Notes: generated by a model from the letters alone, not told the origin. Positions 19,665 to 33,250 are shown, numbered from the stretch's first letter. The stretch: 64,000 nucleotides of DNA from Geopsychrobacteraceae bacterium (GCA_963676795.2 CAXXTB010000001.1:768001-832000); one strand, 5' to 3'. Numbers and translations: made by a program.

Positions 19665-22310
19665 TCAGCTCAGGAGTTTGAGGAGTTCGGTAGGGGTTGC
19701 CTGGAGCAGATCGGCTATTTTGGCCACATCGGAACCGCCGGCCTGGGCGAGTTCCGGTCGTCCGCCGCCGCGGCCGCCGACAATCCCGGCCAGCGGTTTG
19801 ATCAGGTCGCCGGCCTTGACCCTGGCGGTCAGGTCCTTGGTGACAGCGACAAGCAGGGCAACTTTCCCATCGCTGCTGCCGCACAGCACCAGTATGCCTG
19901 AGCCGAGCTTGTCACGCAGCTGGTCGGAGAATTCGCGCAGCGCTTTACCGTCGACCTCGCCGACGTTGACGGCCAGCAGTTTGACATCGCCAACCTGCTG
20001 CACCTGGTCGAGCAGCTCGCCACTGCGTTCGGCGTTCAGCTTGGCTTGAAGCTGTTCCAGCTCTTTTTCCAGCTCTCTCTGCTGTTCGAGTAATTTCTGG
20101 ATGCGGTTCTCCAGTTTTTGCGGCTCACTCTTGACCAGATCGGCCAGGCGCTGCAGGGTCTGTTGCTGCTGTTGGCTGTAGGAGAGTGCTGCTGCGCCGG
20201 TCACCGCCTCGATCCGCCGGACTCCGGCGGCGATACCGCCTTCACTCAGGATGCGGAACAAGCCGATATCACCGGCCGCATTGGCGTGGGTGCCGCCACA
20301 GAGTTCCATGCTGTAGCCGCCGACGCTGATGACCCGGACCTCGTCGCCGTATTTTTCACCGAACAGCGCCATGGCGCCGGCGGCCTTGGCCTCGTCGGCG
20401 GCCATGGTCTCGCTCACAACGGAGGCGTTGTCGCGGATCTGGCGATTGACTTCCTCTTCGATCTGTATCAGTTCGGCCGGAGTGACCGGCGAGAAATGGG
20501 TGAAGTCGAAGCGCAGTCGCTCCGGGGTCACCTGGGAACCGGCCTGTTTGATATGGTCGCCGAGGATCTTCTGCATGGCGGCCTGGAGCAGGTGGGTCGC
20601 CGTGTGGTTGATGACGATGTTCTGACGGCGTGCGGCATCGACGCTGATGGTCGCTGTTTCCCCGGTTTTGATCGCGCCGGTAACCACCTCGCAGACGTGC
20701 ACATAGAGGTCGTTCAGCGGCTTGCGGGTGTCGAGGATGCGTAAACTGGCAGCGGCGGTAGTCAGGTTGCCGGTATCGCCAACCTGGCCACCCGACTCAC
20801 CGTAACAGCAGGTTGCTGTGGTGATGACTTCAACCTTTTCGCCGCTGGCCGCTTCATCGACCAGCTGTCCTTCGCGGATCAGGGCGGCAACTTCGCCTTG
20901 TTCTTCGAGTTTCAGGTAGCCGCTGAAGCTGGTTTTGATGCCGCGTTCGACCAGTTGCTTGTAGATGGCGCCGACCGCTTCCTCACCGGAGCCCTTCCAG
21001 TGTTCGCGGGCCTTGGCGCGCTGGGCCTCCATGCAGGTTTCAAAGCCTTTCTCGTCAAGGCTGAAGCCGTCCTTTTCGACGATGTCGGCGGTCAGGTCGA
21101 CGGGGAAACCGTAGGTGTCGTAGAGCTTGAAGACGGTTTCGCCCGGGATGGTCTTGGTTCCCCTGGCGGACAGTTCGGCGATTTCGTCCTGAAGGATGCG
21201 CAGGCCGTTGCCGAGGGTCTGGATAAAGCGCTCTTCTTCGTTGAGTACGACCTTGGCGACAAACTCCTTGCGTCCGGCTTCCTCAGGGTAGGCGCCGGCC
21301 ATCGATTCGAGGACGAAGACGGCTGTTTTGTGCAGGATCGGGTCCTCGAAACCGAGCATCTTGGCGTGGCGCATGGCGCGGCGCATGATGCGGCGCAGGA
21401 CGTAGCCGCGTCCTTCGTTGCTTGGCAGGACGCCGTCGGCGATCAGGTAGGCCATGGCGCGGCTATGGTCGGCCATGACGCGCATCGAGACGTTGTTCTC
21501 GCTGTCGTCGCCGGTGTATTTCTTGCCCGAAAGCTCTTCGATGTTGGCAATGATCTCGCGCAGCAGGTCTGTGTCGTAGTTCGACTGGACCTTCTGCATG
21601 ACGGTGGTGATCCGCTCGAGGCCCATGCCGGTGTCAACCGCAGGTTTCGGCAGCGGAATCAGGGTGCCGTCAGGCTGGCGGTCGAACTGCATGAAGACGT
21701 TGTTCCAGATCTCCATGTAGCGGTCGCAGTCGCAGCCGACGGTGCAGTTCGGCGAATCGCAGCCGACCTCCGGGCCGTTGTCGTAGAAGATTTCCGAACA
21801 GGGGCCGCATGGGCCTGTATCGCCCATCGACCAGAAGTTGTCCTCTTCGAAGCGGAAGATCCTCTCGCGCGGGATTCCTTCCTGGAAATGCCAGATGTCA
21901 GCGGCCTCGTCATCGTCGGTGTAGACCGAAACGTAGAGGCGGCTGGTGTCGAGCTGAAGATCCCTGGTCAGAAATTCCCAGGCGAAAGCGATCGCTTCCT
22001 TCTTGAAATAGTCACCGAAGGAGAAGTTGCCGAGCATCTCGAAAAAGGTGTGGTGGCGAGCTGTGCGTCCGACGTTTTCCAGGTCGTTATGCTTGCCCCC
22101 GGCACGAACACATTTTTGCGACGTTGTGGCACGTACGTATTCGCGCTTTTCATCACCGAGGAAGCAGTCTTTGAACTGATTCATGCCGGCATTGGTAAAC
22201 AGCAGTGTCGGATCGTTGTGCGGAACCAGGGACGATGAAGATACGATGGTGTGACCACGCTCTTCAAAGAATTTGAGAAAACGCGCGCGAATTTCATTAC
22301 CAGTCAGCAT
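19665..22310 (-). CDS. alaS: Alanine--tRNA ligase
   Basis: [53 protein letters not shown]. Confidence 0.99.
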   Translation of the reverse strand: MLTGNEIRARFLKFFEERGHTIVSSSSLVPHNDPTLLFTNAGMNQFKDCFLGDEKREYVRATTSQKCVRAGGKHNDLENVGRTARHHTFFEMLGNFSFGDYFKKEAIAFAWEFLTRDLQLDTSRLYVSVYTDDDEAADIWHFQEGIPRERIFRFEEDNFWSMGDTGPCGPCSEIFYDNGPEVGCDSPNCTVGCDCDRYMEIWNNVFMQFDRQPDGTLIPLPKPAVDTGMGLERITTVMQKVQSNYDTDLLREIIANIEELSGKKYTGDDSENNVSMRVMADHSRAMAYLIADGVLPSNEGRGYVLRRIMRRAMRHAKMLGFEDPILHKTAVFVLESMAGAYPEEAGRKEFVAKVVLNEEERFIQTLGNGLRILQDEIAELSARGTKTIPGETVFKLYDTYGFPVDLTADIVEKDGFSLDEKGFETCMEAQRAKAREHWKGSGEEAVGAIYKQLVERGIKTSFSGYLKLEEQGEVAALIREGQLVDEAASGEKVEVITTATCCYGESGGQVGDTGNLTTAAASLRILDTRKPLNDLYVHVCEVVTGAIKTGETATISVDAARRQNIVINHTATHLLQAAMQKILGDHIKQAGSQVTPERLRFDFTHFSPVTPAELIQIEEEVNRQIRDNASVVSETMAADEAKAAGAMALFGEKYGDEVRVISVGGYSMELCGGTHANAAGDIGLFRILSEGGIAAGVRRIEAVTGAAALSYSQQQQQTLQRLADLVKSEPQKLENRIQKLLEQQRELEKELEQLQAKLNAERSGELLDQVQQVGDVKLLAVNVGEVDGKALREFSDQLRDKLGSGILVLCGSSDGKVALLVAVTKDLTARVKAGDLIKPLAGIVGGRGGGRPELAQAGGSDVAKIADLLQATPTELLKLLS

Positions 22311-22751
22311 TGCCAGTGGCCTTTCTGTTTCTATCGGATGTCTATATCGGAACAAAAATTGTTGAGTTCTGATTCAATCGAACACAGGATGATAATCGAA
22401 AACCGTTAGATTGAAAAGGTTTTTTCCCCGCTTGGGATCAAGCCTTGATTTCTGTCCGCGATTCCTTAAAACACGAGGATCAATAGCCGCATTTTCGGTC
22501 TTTGGGCTGCTTTAAATGAAGCGGATAGTGGGTAGTTGACTTCGCTGCGGGGCGTCCTGTCCCTGTCCGTCTTGACTGGCGTTTTTCTCTGTTTATCAGT
22601 GGTTTTTACCGGCAGCAGCGACGGGCTGGTGACTATTTACTGATCAGAGGATTTTCTTTGCTGCATAAATTTGCGGCACTCTGCCGGTCTTTCCGGGTCT
22701 TGATTGTGACCGCCAATGTGCTGCGCTTCTGATTCTTCGATTCCATACAGC

Positions 22752-22767
22752 TTGGCATGCTCTGTGA
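22752..22767 (+). promoter_or_regulatory. Candidate sigma54 (-24/-12) promoter for the P-II-like gene
   Basis: TTGGCATGCTCTGTGA; the -24 element matches well, but -12 reads GA instead of GC. Confidence 0.35.
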
Positions 22768-22833
22768 AAGAATTGTTGTTTAATCAATAAACAATAGCTG
22801 GTGGGCAATGGCGCCTGCTCACGGAGGCAAGCC

Positions 22834-23130
22834 ATGCAACAGATTGACGCAGTCATCGACCAGTTCAGACTGAGAGAAATTCGCACCACCCTCGAAGCTT
22901 TGGGGGTTGAGGATTTCATGGAAAGTAAGATTCAATGCCACCAGCAGGGGCTGGCGATGAAGTTTCGCGGTGCCACGCTCATGGCGAATTTTGTCGAAAA
23001 GGTTAAGCTCGAGATTATCGCTGAGGATGAATCGGTCAGCAGCATTGTCGAAGCGATCGGCTCTGTCGCCCGGACCGGTGACGGTAAAGATTGTCGTATC
23101 TCGATTCACCCCTATCTGGAGGTGGGCTGA
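22834..23130 (+). CDS. Divergent P-II-like protein (GlnB/GlnK fold)
   Basis: Aligns by eye with GlnB (IDAVI..F.L, FRGA, KVKLEII, ARTG); GGAGG RBS before ATG 22834. Confidence 0.8.
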   Translation: MQQIDAVIDQFRLREIRTTLEALGVEDFMESKIQCHQQGLAMKFRGATLMANFVEKVKLEIIAEDESVSSIVEAIGSVARTGDGKDCRISIHPYLEVG

Positions 23131-23166
23131 GCCGGGTGCCAGCCGTACCTCGCTTAGTTCCGGCCC

Positions 23167-23611
23167 TCAGTCTTCCCCTTTGAGCACCCTGAAGATACTG
23201 GCCAGGCTGAATCCGCGCCGTTGAAAGAAACCGATCACCCGGCGCCGGGTTTTTTCATCGGCGCTGGCGTAAGCGAAGTTGGCAAAGCGGCGTTCAAGCA
23301 GGTCCTTGAGCAGTTTTTCTTCCGGATATTCGTTGCGGGCCTGTTCCATGGCGGTTTCGGCCAGTTCGTCACTGATCCCCCTGCGGCGCAGATCGAGCGC
23401 CGCCTTGTGGCCGACACTCTTGCCGCTGCGCAGCAGGCTGCGCGCTTTGGCTGCGGCGTAGCGCGCGTCATCCAGGTAGCCGTAGTCACGGCAGCGCTCT
23501 AAAACCTGTTCTATCGTATCAGCAGTAAAGCCGAACCGGGCCAGTCTCTGGCTCAGTTCGGCTTCTGTTTTGTCACTGCGGCTGAGGATGCGGATCGCTG
23601 ATGCCAGGGCC

Positions 23612-23640
<29 letters not shown>
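23167..23640 (-). CDS. recX: RecA regulator RecX
   Basis: LSR..EL..RL, GYLDDARYA, LRRRGI, FQRRGFS; downstream of recA. Confidence 0.92.
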
Positions 23641-24799
<1,159 letters not shown>

Positions 24800-24842
24800 C
24801 GTCTCACCCTGTTCACTTCTCAATTATTTAGTTTTGCGGCGA

Positions 24843-25886
<1,044 letters not shown>

Positions 25887-26061
25887 CTGTCTCCTCCGTG
25901 AATTTCATTTCTTATTGGATGGTCAGTGTTTTTCGGTCTGTCTGAACCTGTATGTCACACCACTGTGTCGGAATATGTCATCAGTGCTGACAGCGGCTTT
26001 GGAAGATTAAAGATTAAATCTTTTTGCCGAGGCTGTCGAGCAGATAATCAGAGAAAATTAA

Positions 26062-27354
26062 TTATATGTCGTGGTCTGTTGGTGGACCTTTCTTTTCAAG
26101 ATGTTGTAGCGCGTAGCGCCGCAACCACTCTAGGGCCATGAAGGCGCTCATGCGCTGAATCTTCTGCCGGGTTCCGTGAAAATGATAGCGATTGGCATGC
26201 ACGCCGGCCGGACTGGCCAGGGCGATGTAGACCGTGCCGACCGGTTTTTCCGCGGTGCCGCCGTCGGGTCCGGCGATGCCGGTAATTGCAAGGGCCAGGT
26301 CACTGCCGCTGCGCCCTTTGAGGCCACTGGCCATGGCCCGGGCACAGGCTTCACTGACGGCACCATGATCCTGGAGAATCTGGGCCGGTACGCCGAGCCA
26401 GTCCTGTTTGGCCGAGTTGGCGTAGGTCACACCACCCCTCTCCAGGAAGGCTGAGGCTCCGGGGACACTGGTCAGCAGACTGGCAACCAGGCCACCGCTA
26501 CAGGACTCCGCCAGGGACAGGGTCAGGCCGCTGGCACAGAGCAGCTTGGCGACCGTTTGTTCAGCGCTTTCTTCGTTGCGGGCCATCAGCGCATGGCCCA
26601 GTTCCTGAATCAGCAGGGCTTCAGCCTGGTCAAGGCGCTGATCGGCATCGGGCGCCGTCGATTTCAGCTTGACCAGGACCAGTGGGTAGTCAAGCGAAAA
26701 CGCGACATCGACACCCAGCGGCAATCTCTGGTAGGGGATCAGCCGGTCGATCTTCGGTTCCGGGATGCCGAAGAATTTCAGGGTTCTCTGGCGTAAAGGG
26801 GCGTTCTGCGGAACCTTTTTGCGCAGGGCCGGCAGAACCGATTTCTCGAACATGGCGCGCATCTCGGCCGGCACGCCGGGCAGAAAAAACAGTTCGCAGC
26901 CCTGATGCTCGAGGCGAAAGCCCGGAGCAATGCCGAGCGGATTGGGCAGAATCACGGCCTGCTGCGGGAGCAGGGCCTGGCGTTCGTTCTGCGGTTCCAT
27001 CTGACGCTGGCGGCTGGCGAACCAGTTGCGTACCTGATCAAGCGCCTCTTCATTGATGACCAGCGGCTGGCGCACGGCCCTGGCTGCCGCGCGGGCGGTC
27101 AGGTCATCACTGGTGGCACCGAGTCCGCCGGTGACGATGACGCAGTTGACATGGCCGGAGAGATAGAGCAGGGCGTCGTAGATCTCCTTCTCCTGGTCCG
27201 GGACGACCAGCGAGCGACACAGCCGGTAGCCGTTACCGGCCAGGATCTCGGCGACTGTGGCGGTGTTGGTATCGGTGACTTCACCGCTGAGCAGCTCGTT
27301 GCCGGTGGTCAGGATGGCAATGGAATAACTGTTCATCGTTGTTTCCGCGGCCAT
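26062..27354 (-). CDS. cinA: CinA (molybdopterin-binding-like + PncC NMN deamidase domains)
   Basis: GNELLSG..DTN, GGLG..DDLT, LPGVP, AESCSGG, TGIAGPDGG..KPVG. Confidence 0.93.
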   Translation of the reverse strand: MAAETTMNSYSIAILTTGNELLSGEVTDTNTATVAEILAGNGYRLCRSLVVPDQEKEIYDALLYLSGHVNCVIVTGGLGATSDDLTARAAARAVRQPLVINEEALDQVRNWFASRQRQMEPQNERQALLPQQAVILPNPLGIAPGFRLEHQGCELFFLPGVPAEMRAMFEKSVLPALRKKVPQNAPLRQRTLKFFGIPEPKIDRLIPYQRLPLGVDVAFSLDYPLVLVKLKSTAPDADQRLDQAEALLIQELGHALMARNEESAEQTVAKLLCASGLTLSLAESCSGGLVASLLTSVPGASAFLERGGVTYANSAKQDWLGVPAQILQDHGAVSEACARAMASGLKGRSGSDLALAITGIAGPDGGTAEKPVGTVYIALASPAGVHANRYHFHGTRQKIQRMSAFMALEWLRRYALQHLEKKGPPTDHDI

Positions 27355-27839
27355 CAGCTGAACAGCCAGAGGCCGATACGCAGCAGGATAGCCGCATAGA
27401 TACCGGCCATGACGTCATCCAGGGTGACGCCGATGCCGTTTTTCATTTCGCGATCGAACCAGCTGGCCGGCGGCGGTTTGACGATGTCGAAGATACGGAA
27501 CAGGATGAAGGCGAAGATGGCCGTCCACCAGGTGAAAGGGAGGAACAGGGTGGTAACCAGGTAGCCGGCCAGTTCGTCGATGACGATACGGCCGTCATCG
27601 GTGACCCCGTAATACTCTCCGGCGACATCGCAGATACGGAAGCTGAGCAGGATGACCAGGATGGTCACCACCAGCTGCAGAATCCCGGGCAGCATGGCGA
27701 TATAGTAGAAGGCCGGAATCCCCGCCAGAGTACCGAAGGTGCCCGGCATGAAGGGGGCGTAGCCTAGGCCGCCGTTGCTGGAAAGAAACAGGGTGGAGCG
27801 CAGGTAGCGATCCGTGCCGCATTGATTGTCAGAGGCCAT
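27354..27839 (-). CDS. pgpA: Phosphatidylglycerophosphatase A
   Basis: PGTFGTL, IVIDE, FRIFDIVKP, DDVMAG. Confidence 0.95.
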   Translation of the reverse strand: MASDNQCGTDRYLRSTLFLSSNGGLGYAPFMPGTFGTLAGIPAFYYIAMLPGILQLVVTILVILLSFRICDVAGEYYGVTDDGRIVIDELAGYLVTTLFLPFTWWTAIFAFILFRIFDIVKPPPASWFDREMKNGIGVTLDDVMAGIYAAILLRIGLWLFS

Positions 27840-29029
27840 TATTCGTTCTCCAGATCTTTCAGCTTCAGTTGTTCGTAGGCCGAGCGTTCAACCAGGTGGA
27901 AAATTTCATGCAGCGGGCGCTGATGGGTCTCGGCCAGGCGCCGGCAGTCTTCATATTCAGGGCTCAGACGCAGGAAGCGTTTCCCCTGATAGAGCAGTTT
28001 AACCTGTGCTTCGCCGAGCGCTGTCGAAACTTTTTCCTGACGCCGGTCGAGCAGATAACGTTCAGCGCTGATGCTGCGCAGGCCGATGGCGCTGCTCTGT
28101 TCGAGAATCAGCTGCGCCAGCTGATCTGCCTGGTGCGGCTGGCAGATGACCGTCAGTTTCTGGGCCGGCCGGTTCTTTTTCATCTGCAGCGGGGTGTAGC
28201 TGACATCAAGGGCGCCCTGCCCCTGCAGCTGGTCGAGCAGGTAGCCCAGCTCTTCAGGGGTGCTGTCATCGATATGGGTTTCCAGGATGCGGATCGTTTC
28301 TTTCGACCCTGGTCCCGTTTCTTCATAGAGTATACCGCGCAGCAGGTTGGGGCGGTCTTCCAGTTGCCAGCTGCCGACACCGTAACCTGTCTTGCCCAGC
28401 TGTGCATTCGGCAAGTTGGAGAATTCGGCAAGCTCGGCGACGATCGTGGCACCGGTCGGAGTGACCAGCTCTTTGTCGCAGCCGCTGGCGCAGACCGGTT
28501 TCCCCTGCAGGATTTCAAGGGTGGCCGGGGCCGGCAGGGGCAGCATGCCGTGGGCGCAGCGACTCATGCCGCGTGACAGCGGCAGCGGGGCGCACAGAAC
28601 CCGGCCGATGCCGAGCAGTTTGAGGCCGATCGCCGCGCCGGTCAGATCGACAATGGCATCGATGGCGCCGACCTCATGGAAGTGGACCTGATCGATATCG
28701 ATGCCGTGGACCTTGGCCTCCGCTTCTCCGAGGCGGCGGAAGAAGGCCCTGGCCAGGCCACTCATCTCCTCAGGCAGGGAACTGTCGGCCAGCATCCGGT
28801 CGATACCACTCCAGTGACGGTGATGGTGGGATTCTTCATGGGCGACCAGGACCCGGGTACCGGAGATGCCGTGGCGCTGTTCCCGGCTGATTTCGAGTTG
28901 ATAGCCATGGAGCGGCAGCAGGTCGAGATGCTGCTGCAGCTGTTGTCGATCGAGGCCGAGATCGATCAGCAGACCGAGGAACATGTCGCCTGAGATGCCG
29001 GAGAAGGTGTCGAGATAAAGTGTTTTCAT
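27839..29029 (-). CDS. larC: Nickel-pincer cofactor nickel insertase LarC
   Basis: SGISGDM.LG, His-rich segment, HFHEVGAIDAIVD, HG.LP.PAPAT, TPTGA, MKKNRP, PEYED. Confidence 0.93.
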   Translation of the reverse strand: MKTLYLDTFSGISGDMFLGLLIDLGLDRQQLQQHLDLLPLHGYQLEISREQRHGISGTRVLVAHEESHHHRHWSGIDRMLADSSLPEEMSGLARAFFRRLGEAEAKVHGIDIDQVHFHEVGAIDAIVDLTGAAIGLKLLGIGRVLCAPLPLSRGMSRCAHGMLPLPAPATLEILQGKPVCASGCDKELVTPTGATIVAELAEFSNLPNAQLGKTGYGVGSWQLEDRPNLLRGILYEETGPGSKETIRILETHIDDSTPEELGYLLDQLQGQGALDVSYTPLQMKKNRPAQKLTVICQPHQADQLAQLILEQSSAIGLRSISAERYLLDRRQEKVSTALGEAQVKLLYQGKRFLRLSPEYEDCRRLAETHQRPLHEIFHLVERSAYEQLKLKDLENE

Positions 29030-29790
29030 CGGTTTTTGTTGTGAGTCCGGTTGATCCGGTTGGCCGCAAAGGCGGCGCCAAAGCCGTTGTCGATATTGAC
29101 CACGGTCACGCCGCTGGCACAGGAGTTGAGCATGCCGAGCAGGGCGGCAACGCCGCCGAAAGCGGCACCGTAGCCGACCGAGGTCGGTACCGCGATGACC
29201 GGCTTGTCGATCAGGCCGCCGACGACCGATGGCAGCGCGCCTTCCATGCCGGCGACCACGATGACTACCGCGGCGTTCTGCAGCAGTTCGGTACGGGACA
29301 GCAGGCGATGAATGCCGGCCACGCCGACATCGATCAGTTCTTCGACCTGGTTGCCGAGCATCCGTGCGGTGACGACCGCTTCCCGGGCGACCGGCAGGTC
29401 GGAGGTTCCGGCACAGACTATCAGGATCTTGCCCTGATCGTTGTTCTCGATCGTCTGGTTGAGCAGGCAGAAGGTGCGGGCCAGCGGATCGTGTTCCCCC
29501 TCCGGGAAGCTGTTGATCAGGGCCGTCGCCTTGATCTCGTCGAGGCGGGTGACGAGAACGTTGCGCGCCTTGCGATCCATTGCCGAGATGATCGTGATCA
29601 ACTGCTCAAGGGTCTTGTTCGCACCGAAGATCACTTCCGGGGCGCCTTGGCGCAGCTCGCGGTGATGGTCGATCTGGGCGATACCGAGATCTTCATAGGG
29701 GAGCTGCTTCAGGCGATCCAGGGCCGTGTCGACGCCGGTCTGTCCGTTGGCCACCGCTTCTAGTAACTGTGCCAGTTCTTTCTGGTTCAT
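29026..29790 (-). CDS. larB: Nickel-pincer cofactor carboxylase/hydrolase LarB
   Basis: DHHRELRQG.PE, AGTSDLPVA.EA, DVGVAGIHR, AGMEGAL, PTSVGYG, VNIDNGFGAA. Confidence 0.95.
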   Translation of the reverse strand: MNQKELAQLLEAVANGQTGVDTALDRLKQLPYEDLGIAQIDHHRELRQGAPEVIFGANKTLEQLITIISAMDRKARNVLVTRLDEIKATALINSFPEGEHDPLARTFCLLNQTIENNDQGKILIVCAGTSDLPVAREAVVTARMLGNQVEELIDVGVAGIHRLLSRTELLQNAAVVIVVAGMEGALPSVVGGLIDKPVIAVPTSVGYGAAFGGVAALLGMLNSCASGVTVVNIDNGFGAAFAANRINRTHNKNR

Positions 29791-30077
29791 GGGCCAGGCA
29801 ATGCTCCGTTCGCGTGCTTCAGCGCAATTTTGAGGTTTGCAAATGTCCGTGGGCAGCTCGTGCCGCCGGTTATCATAACAGAAAAATCAGCGCAGCCAAA
29901 GACGGCCGGGGGCATTTTGAGGCTCATTTGTCAGTCTAAAAGGGCGCGGGGCTGGCCATAGTCGCTGTTCGTATAGTAGGATTATATCTGTTTGTTGTTG
30001 AATAAAACTACCAGGTTTTTCATTTTCCTCCGGTGAAGATGAAAACAAAAACTTTGATCTTTTCTTTGAGGGGTATC

Positions 30078-31265
30078 ATGGCAAAAAACAGTTGTGGTGT
30101 GATCTGCCGGTTTCTCAATTCTCAACCGGCCAGCGGGGTGATCCTGATGATCGCGGCGATTCTGGCCATTATTTTTGCCAATACGCCGCTGCGTGGGCTT
30201 TACGACCTGCTGCTGGCGACACCGGTTGGGGTCAAGGTCGGTCTGCTGGTCATCGATAAGCCGATGCTGTTGTGGATCAACGACGGTCTCATGGCGATCT
30301 TCTTCTTTCAGGTCGGGCTGGAACTTAAGCGTGAATTCCTCGAGGGGGAGCTGAAAACTCCGAGCAATATCCTGCTGCCGGCGGTTGGCGCCGTCGGTGG
30401 CATGGCCGTTCCGGCGGCTATCTACTATCTGATCAATCTGGATAACCCCGTCGCGCTGTCCGGCTGGGCCATCCCGGCGGCGACCGATATTGCCTTTGCC
30501 CTTGGCGTGCTGGCCCTGCTCGGCAGCCGGGTTCCGACCTCGTTGAAGATCTTTCTCACCTCGCTGGCTATTTTTGACGATGTTGGAGCGATTATCATCA
30601 TCGCTCTGTTCTACACCTCGAAGATCTCGCAGACGGCGCTGATCGCAGCACTGCTCTGTCTCATTGTTCTCTTTGTTTTCAATCGCCTCAACGTGACAGC
30701 CAAGAGTATCTATCTGCTGGTTGGTATTATCATGTGGGTGGCCACCCTCAAGTCAGGGGTGCATGCGACTCTGGCCGGAGTGGTGCTTGCCTTTTTCGTG
30801 CCGATGCGCTCCAAAACCGATCCTGAGGATTCGCCGTTGCAGAGCCTGGAGCATGATCTGCACGGTCTGGTTTCCTTCTTTGTCCTGCCGATCTTTGCCT
30901 TTGCCAATGCCGGGATCAGTTTTGCCGGTATGGGGCTGGCGCAGATGTTCCACGGGGTACCGGTCGGTATTGCTCTCGGTCTGTTTGTCGGCAAGCAGAT
31001 CGGTATCTTCGGCATCTGTTGGCTGACCGTCAAAAGCGGTTTGGCACGTCTGCCAGCCGGTTTCACCTGGGCCCGGCTTTACGGGGTCGCGCTGCTCTGT
31101 GGAATCGGTTTCACCATGAGTCTGTTTATCGGCTCATTGGCTTTTGAGGAGTCGGGGGTCAATCTTTTCTTCGACGAGCGTTTGGGGATTATCGCAGGAT
31201 CGCTGCTCTCCGGAGTTGTCGGTTATCTGGTGCTGCGGCGCAGCCTGCAGTCCGGAGAACAGTGA
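30078..31265 (+). CDS. nhaA: Na+/H+ antiporter NhaA
   Basis: [51 protein letters not shown]. Confidence 0.96.
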   Translation: MAKNSCGVICRFLNSQPASGVILMIAAILAIIFANTPLRGLYDLLLATPVGVKVGLLVIDKPMLLWINDGLMAIFFFQVGLELKREFLEGELKTPSNILLPAVGAVGGMAVPAAIYYLINLDNPVALSGWAIPAATDIAFALGVLALLGSRVPTSLKIFLTSLAIFDDVGAIIIIALFYTSKISQTALIAALLCLIVLFVFNRLNVTAKSIYLLVGIIMWVATLKSGVHATLAGVVLAFFVPMRSKTDPEDSPLQSLEHDLHGLVSFFVLPIFAFANAGISFAGMGLAQMFHGVPVGIALGLFVGKQIGIFGICWLTVKSGLARLPAGFTWARLYGVALLCGIGFTMSLFIGSLAFEESGVNLFFDERLGIIAGSLLSGVVGYLVLRRSLQSGEQ

Positions 31266-31284
31266 GAACGCTGCCATCCAACTC

Positions 31285-32091
31285 TTATGAGTAGATCTTA
31301 CACAGGTTCTGGTAGGGGGTTGGGCACATCAGGCGTTCTGTTATTTTTTCGGCGGTCTGTTTCAGGGCGTCGATGACAGAATCCTGCATCAGCTGTTCTT
31401 TTCTCATGATCGGAGTCAGCGCGACGACACTGCCTACCGCGCGGCTGTTGCGATCAAAGACGGGGACGGCAATCGCGTAGATATTTTTATCGAAGCGGCC
31501 ATTATCAATCGAAAATCCTCGTGACACGATCTCTTCATATTCTGTCGTCAGTTCCTCGATTTTCAGCCGCTCTGATACGAGGTCGCTCAGCCATTTCTGG
31601 GCGAGCCGGGGATGGGAATAGGCTGCAATGCATTTGGCTCCGACATGGGTATGGGGGAACACCCTGTCACCTATTGCGATGGAGACAGAGATCGGGTTGT
31701 GGCAACGCGCCGCATAGGCGAGGAACATGTGGTCCCCCGAGAGGATTTCAAAGTGAACCGTCTCGGCGATCCGGTCTCTTAAACTGTCGCAATAGGGCTG
31801 GGCGATGATAATGCACTGAGAATCGATGTCTTTCGTCATCGATTTCCAGAGCTGGATGATTGCCGGACCGAGCGAGTATCTCTTGGTGATGCTGTCCTGG
31901 GTGACATAGCCGTAATTTTTCAGGAACTTGAGGTTTCTGCTCACTGTCGCTTTGTTGAAATTTAAAGCATCAGCCAGTTCCGTTGTGCCTATGGGGGTAT
32001 TGTTTCTGGCGAAGAATAGCAGTATCAGAAGGGTTTTTTCAGTGGCATTGAACTTGTCGTCTTCTGTTTGAAATGTCTGGCTGTTCATCAT
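31285..32091 (-). CDS. IclR-family transcriptional regulator
   Basis: N-terminal wHTH (ELADAL..KATVSR.L..L...GYV, YSLG), ETVH, GAKCIAAY, AIAVPVFD. Confidence 0.9.
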   Translation of the reverse strand: MMNSQTFQTEDDKFNATEKTLLILLFFARNNTPIGTTELADALNFNKATVSRNLKFLKNYGYVTQDSITKRYSLGPAIIQLWKSMTKDIDSQCIIIAQPYCDSLRDRIAETVHFEILSGDHMFLAYAARCHNPISVSIAIGDRVFPHTHVGAKCIAAYSHPRLAQKWLSDLVSERLKIEELTTEYEEIVSRGFSIDNGRFDKNIYAIAVPVFDRNSRAVGSVVALTPIMRKEQLMQDSVIDALKQTAEKITERLMCPTPYQNLCKIYS

Positions 32092-32122
32092 AACTCTTCC
32101 GATAACGTGGCTTTGTCCTGGG

Positions 32123-32929
32123 TCAGTTCTTGGCCTTCAGTTCCTTGTCAAGCACCCCCTCCAGGAAGATTTTTGTCGAAATATCGACAATCTCGTCATC
32201 GGTGAAATTTCGTTCAACCCCGACAACCAGCTTGTACTGAATAACAAAAGCAAAAAGGGATGCCACATAGGTTTTGGCCGCCAGGTGCATATTGAAATCT
32301 TTCAGCTGCGCCTGGTGCTTTTCCAGGCTGTCCGCAATATATTGCGCGACATAGCCGATCCCTTCCCGGTGGTAGATGTCACCGATCTCCGGGTTTTTAT
32401 TTGAATCCCTGATGATGGTTCTGACAAAAGCGATACGTTTCGGATCGTTGAACATCTTGACGTAGGCCAGGCCGATTTTCTTGATTGTCGCCTCAAGGTC
32501 AAGCCCGCTCGATTCCCTGTCCAGCTTTTTGATGTCGAAGTGAAAGGGAGTTTCCTTCATCGCCGCCGAGAACAGTTCGTTCTTGTTTTCAAAGTACTGG
32601 TAGAGGGCCGCCTTGGAGTAGCCGGCTTTCTGGGCGATAAGTTCCATCGATGTGCCGTCGTAGCCGTTTTCCCCGAAAAGAATCAGCGCAATCTGGATGA
32701 TCTCCGAGCGCTTTTGATCATATTGCAGATTGATGTTCCTCGCCTCGGGGATGTTCAGGTCTTCAAAAAGGGCTTTTTTGCCAGCATAGTATTTGTAGAT
32801 GGTGGCCGGTGAAACATTGGCAACCTCAGCGATATCCGCAATTTTTGCACCAGCATACCCCTTTTCCAGGAAGATTGCTTTGGCAGCTTCGCATATCCTG
32901 TCTTTATTAGCAGTACGATCTGTCTCCAT
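32123..32929 (-). CDS. TetR-family regulator with two tandem N-terminal HTH domains (copy A)
   Basis: HTH1 IFLEKGY..IAEVANVSPATIYKYY; HTH2 LFGENGY..IAQKAGYSKAALYQYF; C-terminal ligand domain. Confidence 0.92.
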   Translation of the reverse strand: METDRTANKDRICEAAKAIFLEKGYAGAKIADIAEVANVSPATIYKYYAGKKALFEDLNIPEARNINLQYDQKRSEIIQIALILFGENGYDGTSMELIAQKAGYSKAALYQYFENKNELFSAAMKETPFHFDIKKLDRESSGLDLEATIKKIGLAYVKMFNDPKRIAFVRTIIRDSNKNPEIGDIYHREGIGYVAQYIADSLEKHQAQLKDFNMHLAAKTYVASLFAFVIQYKLVVGVERNFTDDEIVDISTKIFLEGVLDKELKAKN

Positions 32930-32968
32930 AACTAATCCATTTGCAAAAAAAAATGATTCTGAAACATG

Positions 32969-32982
32969 ACTGAACAGTCAGT
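32969..32982. promoter_or_regulatory. Candidate TetR operator ACTGAACAGTCAGT upstream of tetR copy A
   Basis: Palindrome ACYGA-N4-TCRGT, also seen at 37284, 37426 and 37696. Confidence 0.6.
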
Positions 32983-33250
32983 ACTGCTATTTACATAGCG
33001 CAGCAAGTCATCCAGACAGCATATACGTTTCAGCCGGATTTTCCAAAACAGATTCTTTTTGTCCTTTTGACCTTTCTGTTCCTGACAGTAGTGTGCAGGA
33101 GCCTGGCAGTTTAAAAAGTCCCGGAACCCACCCATAAGAGGTGGGGAGGAAGGGTTCCGGGGAGGGCAGTAGGTGCAGGTCTGGCGGCAACAGGTTTGCA
33201 CCTGTTGTCATATTTAAGATTTCTGCCAGTCGTCTTGGTGGACAGCTGGA

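Noticed and set aside
25887..26061. LexA box upstream of recA
   Set aside because: TGAACCTGTATGTCA and GGTT-N7-ACC match the deltaproteobacterial SOS motifs I recall only partially.
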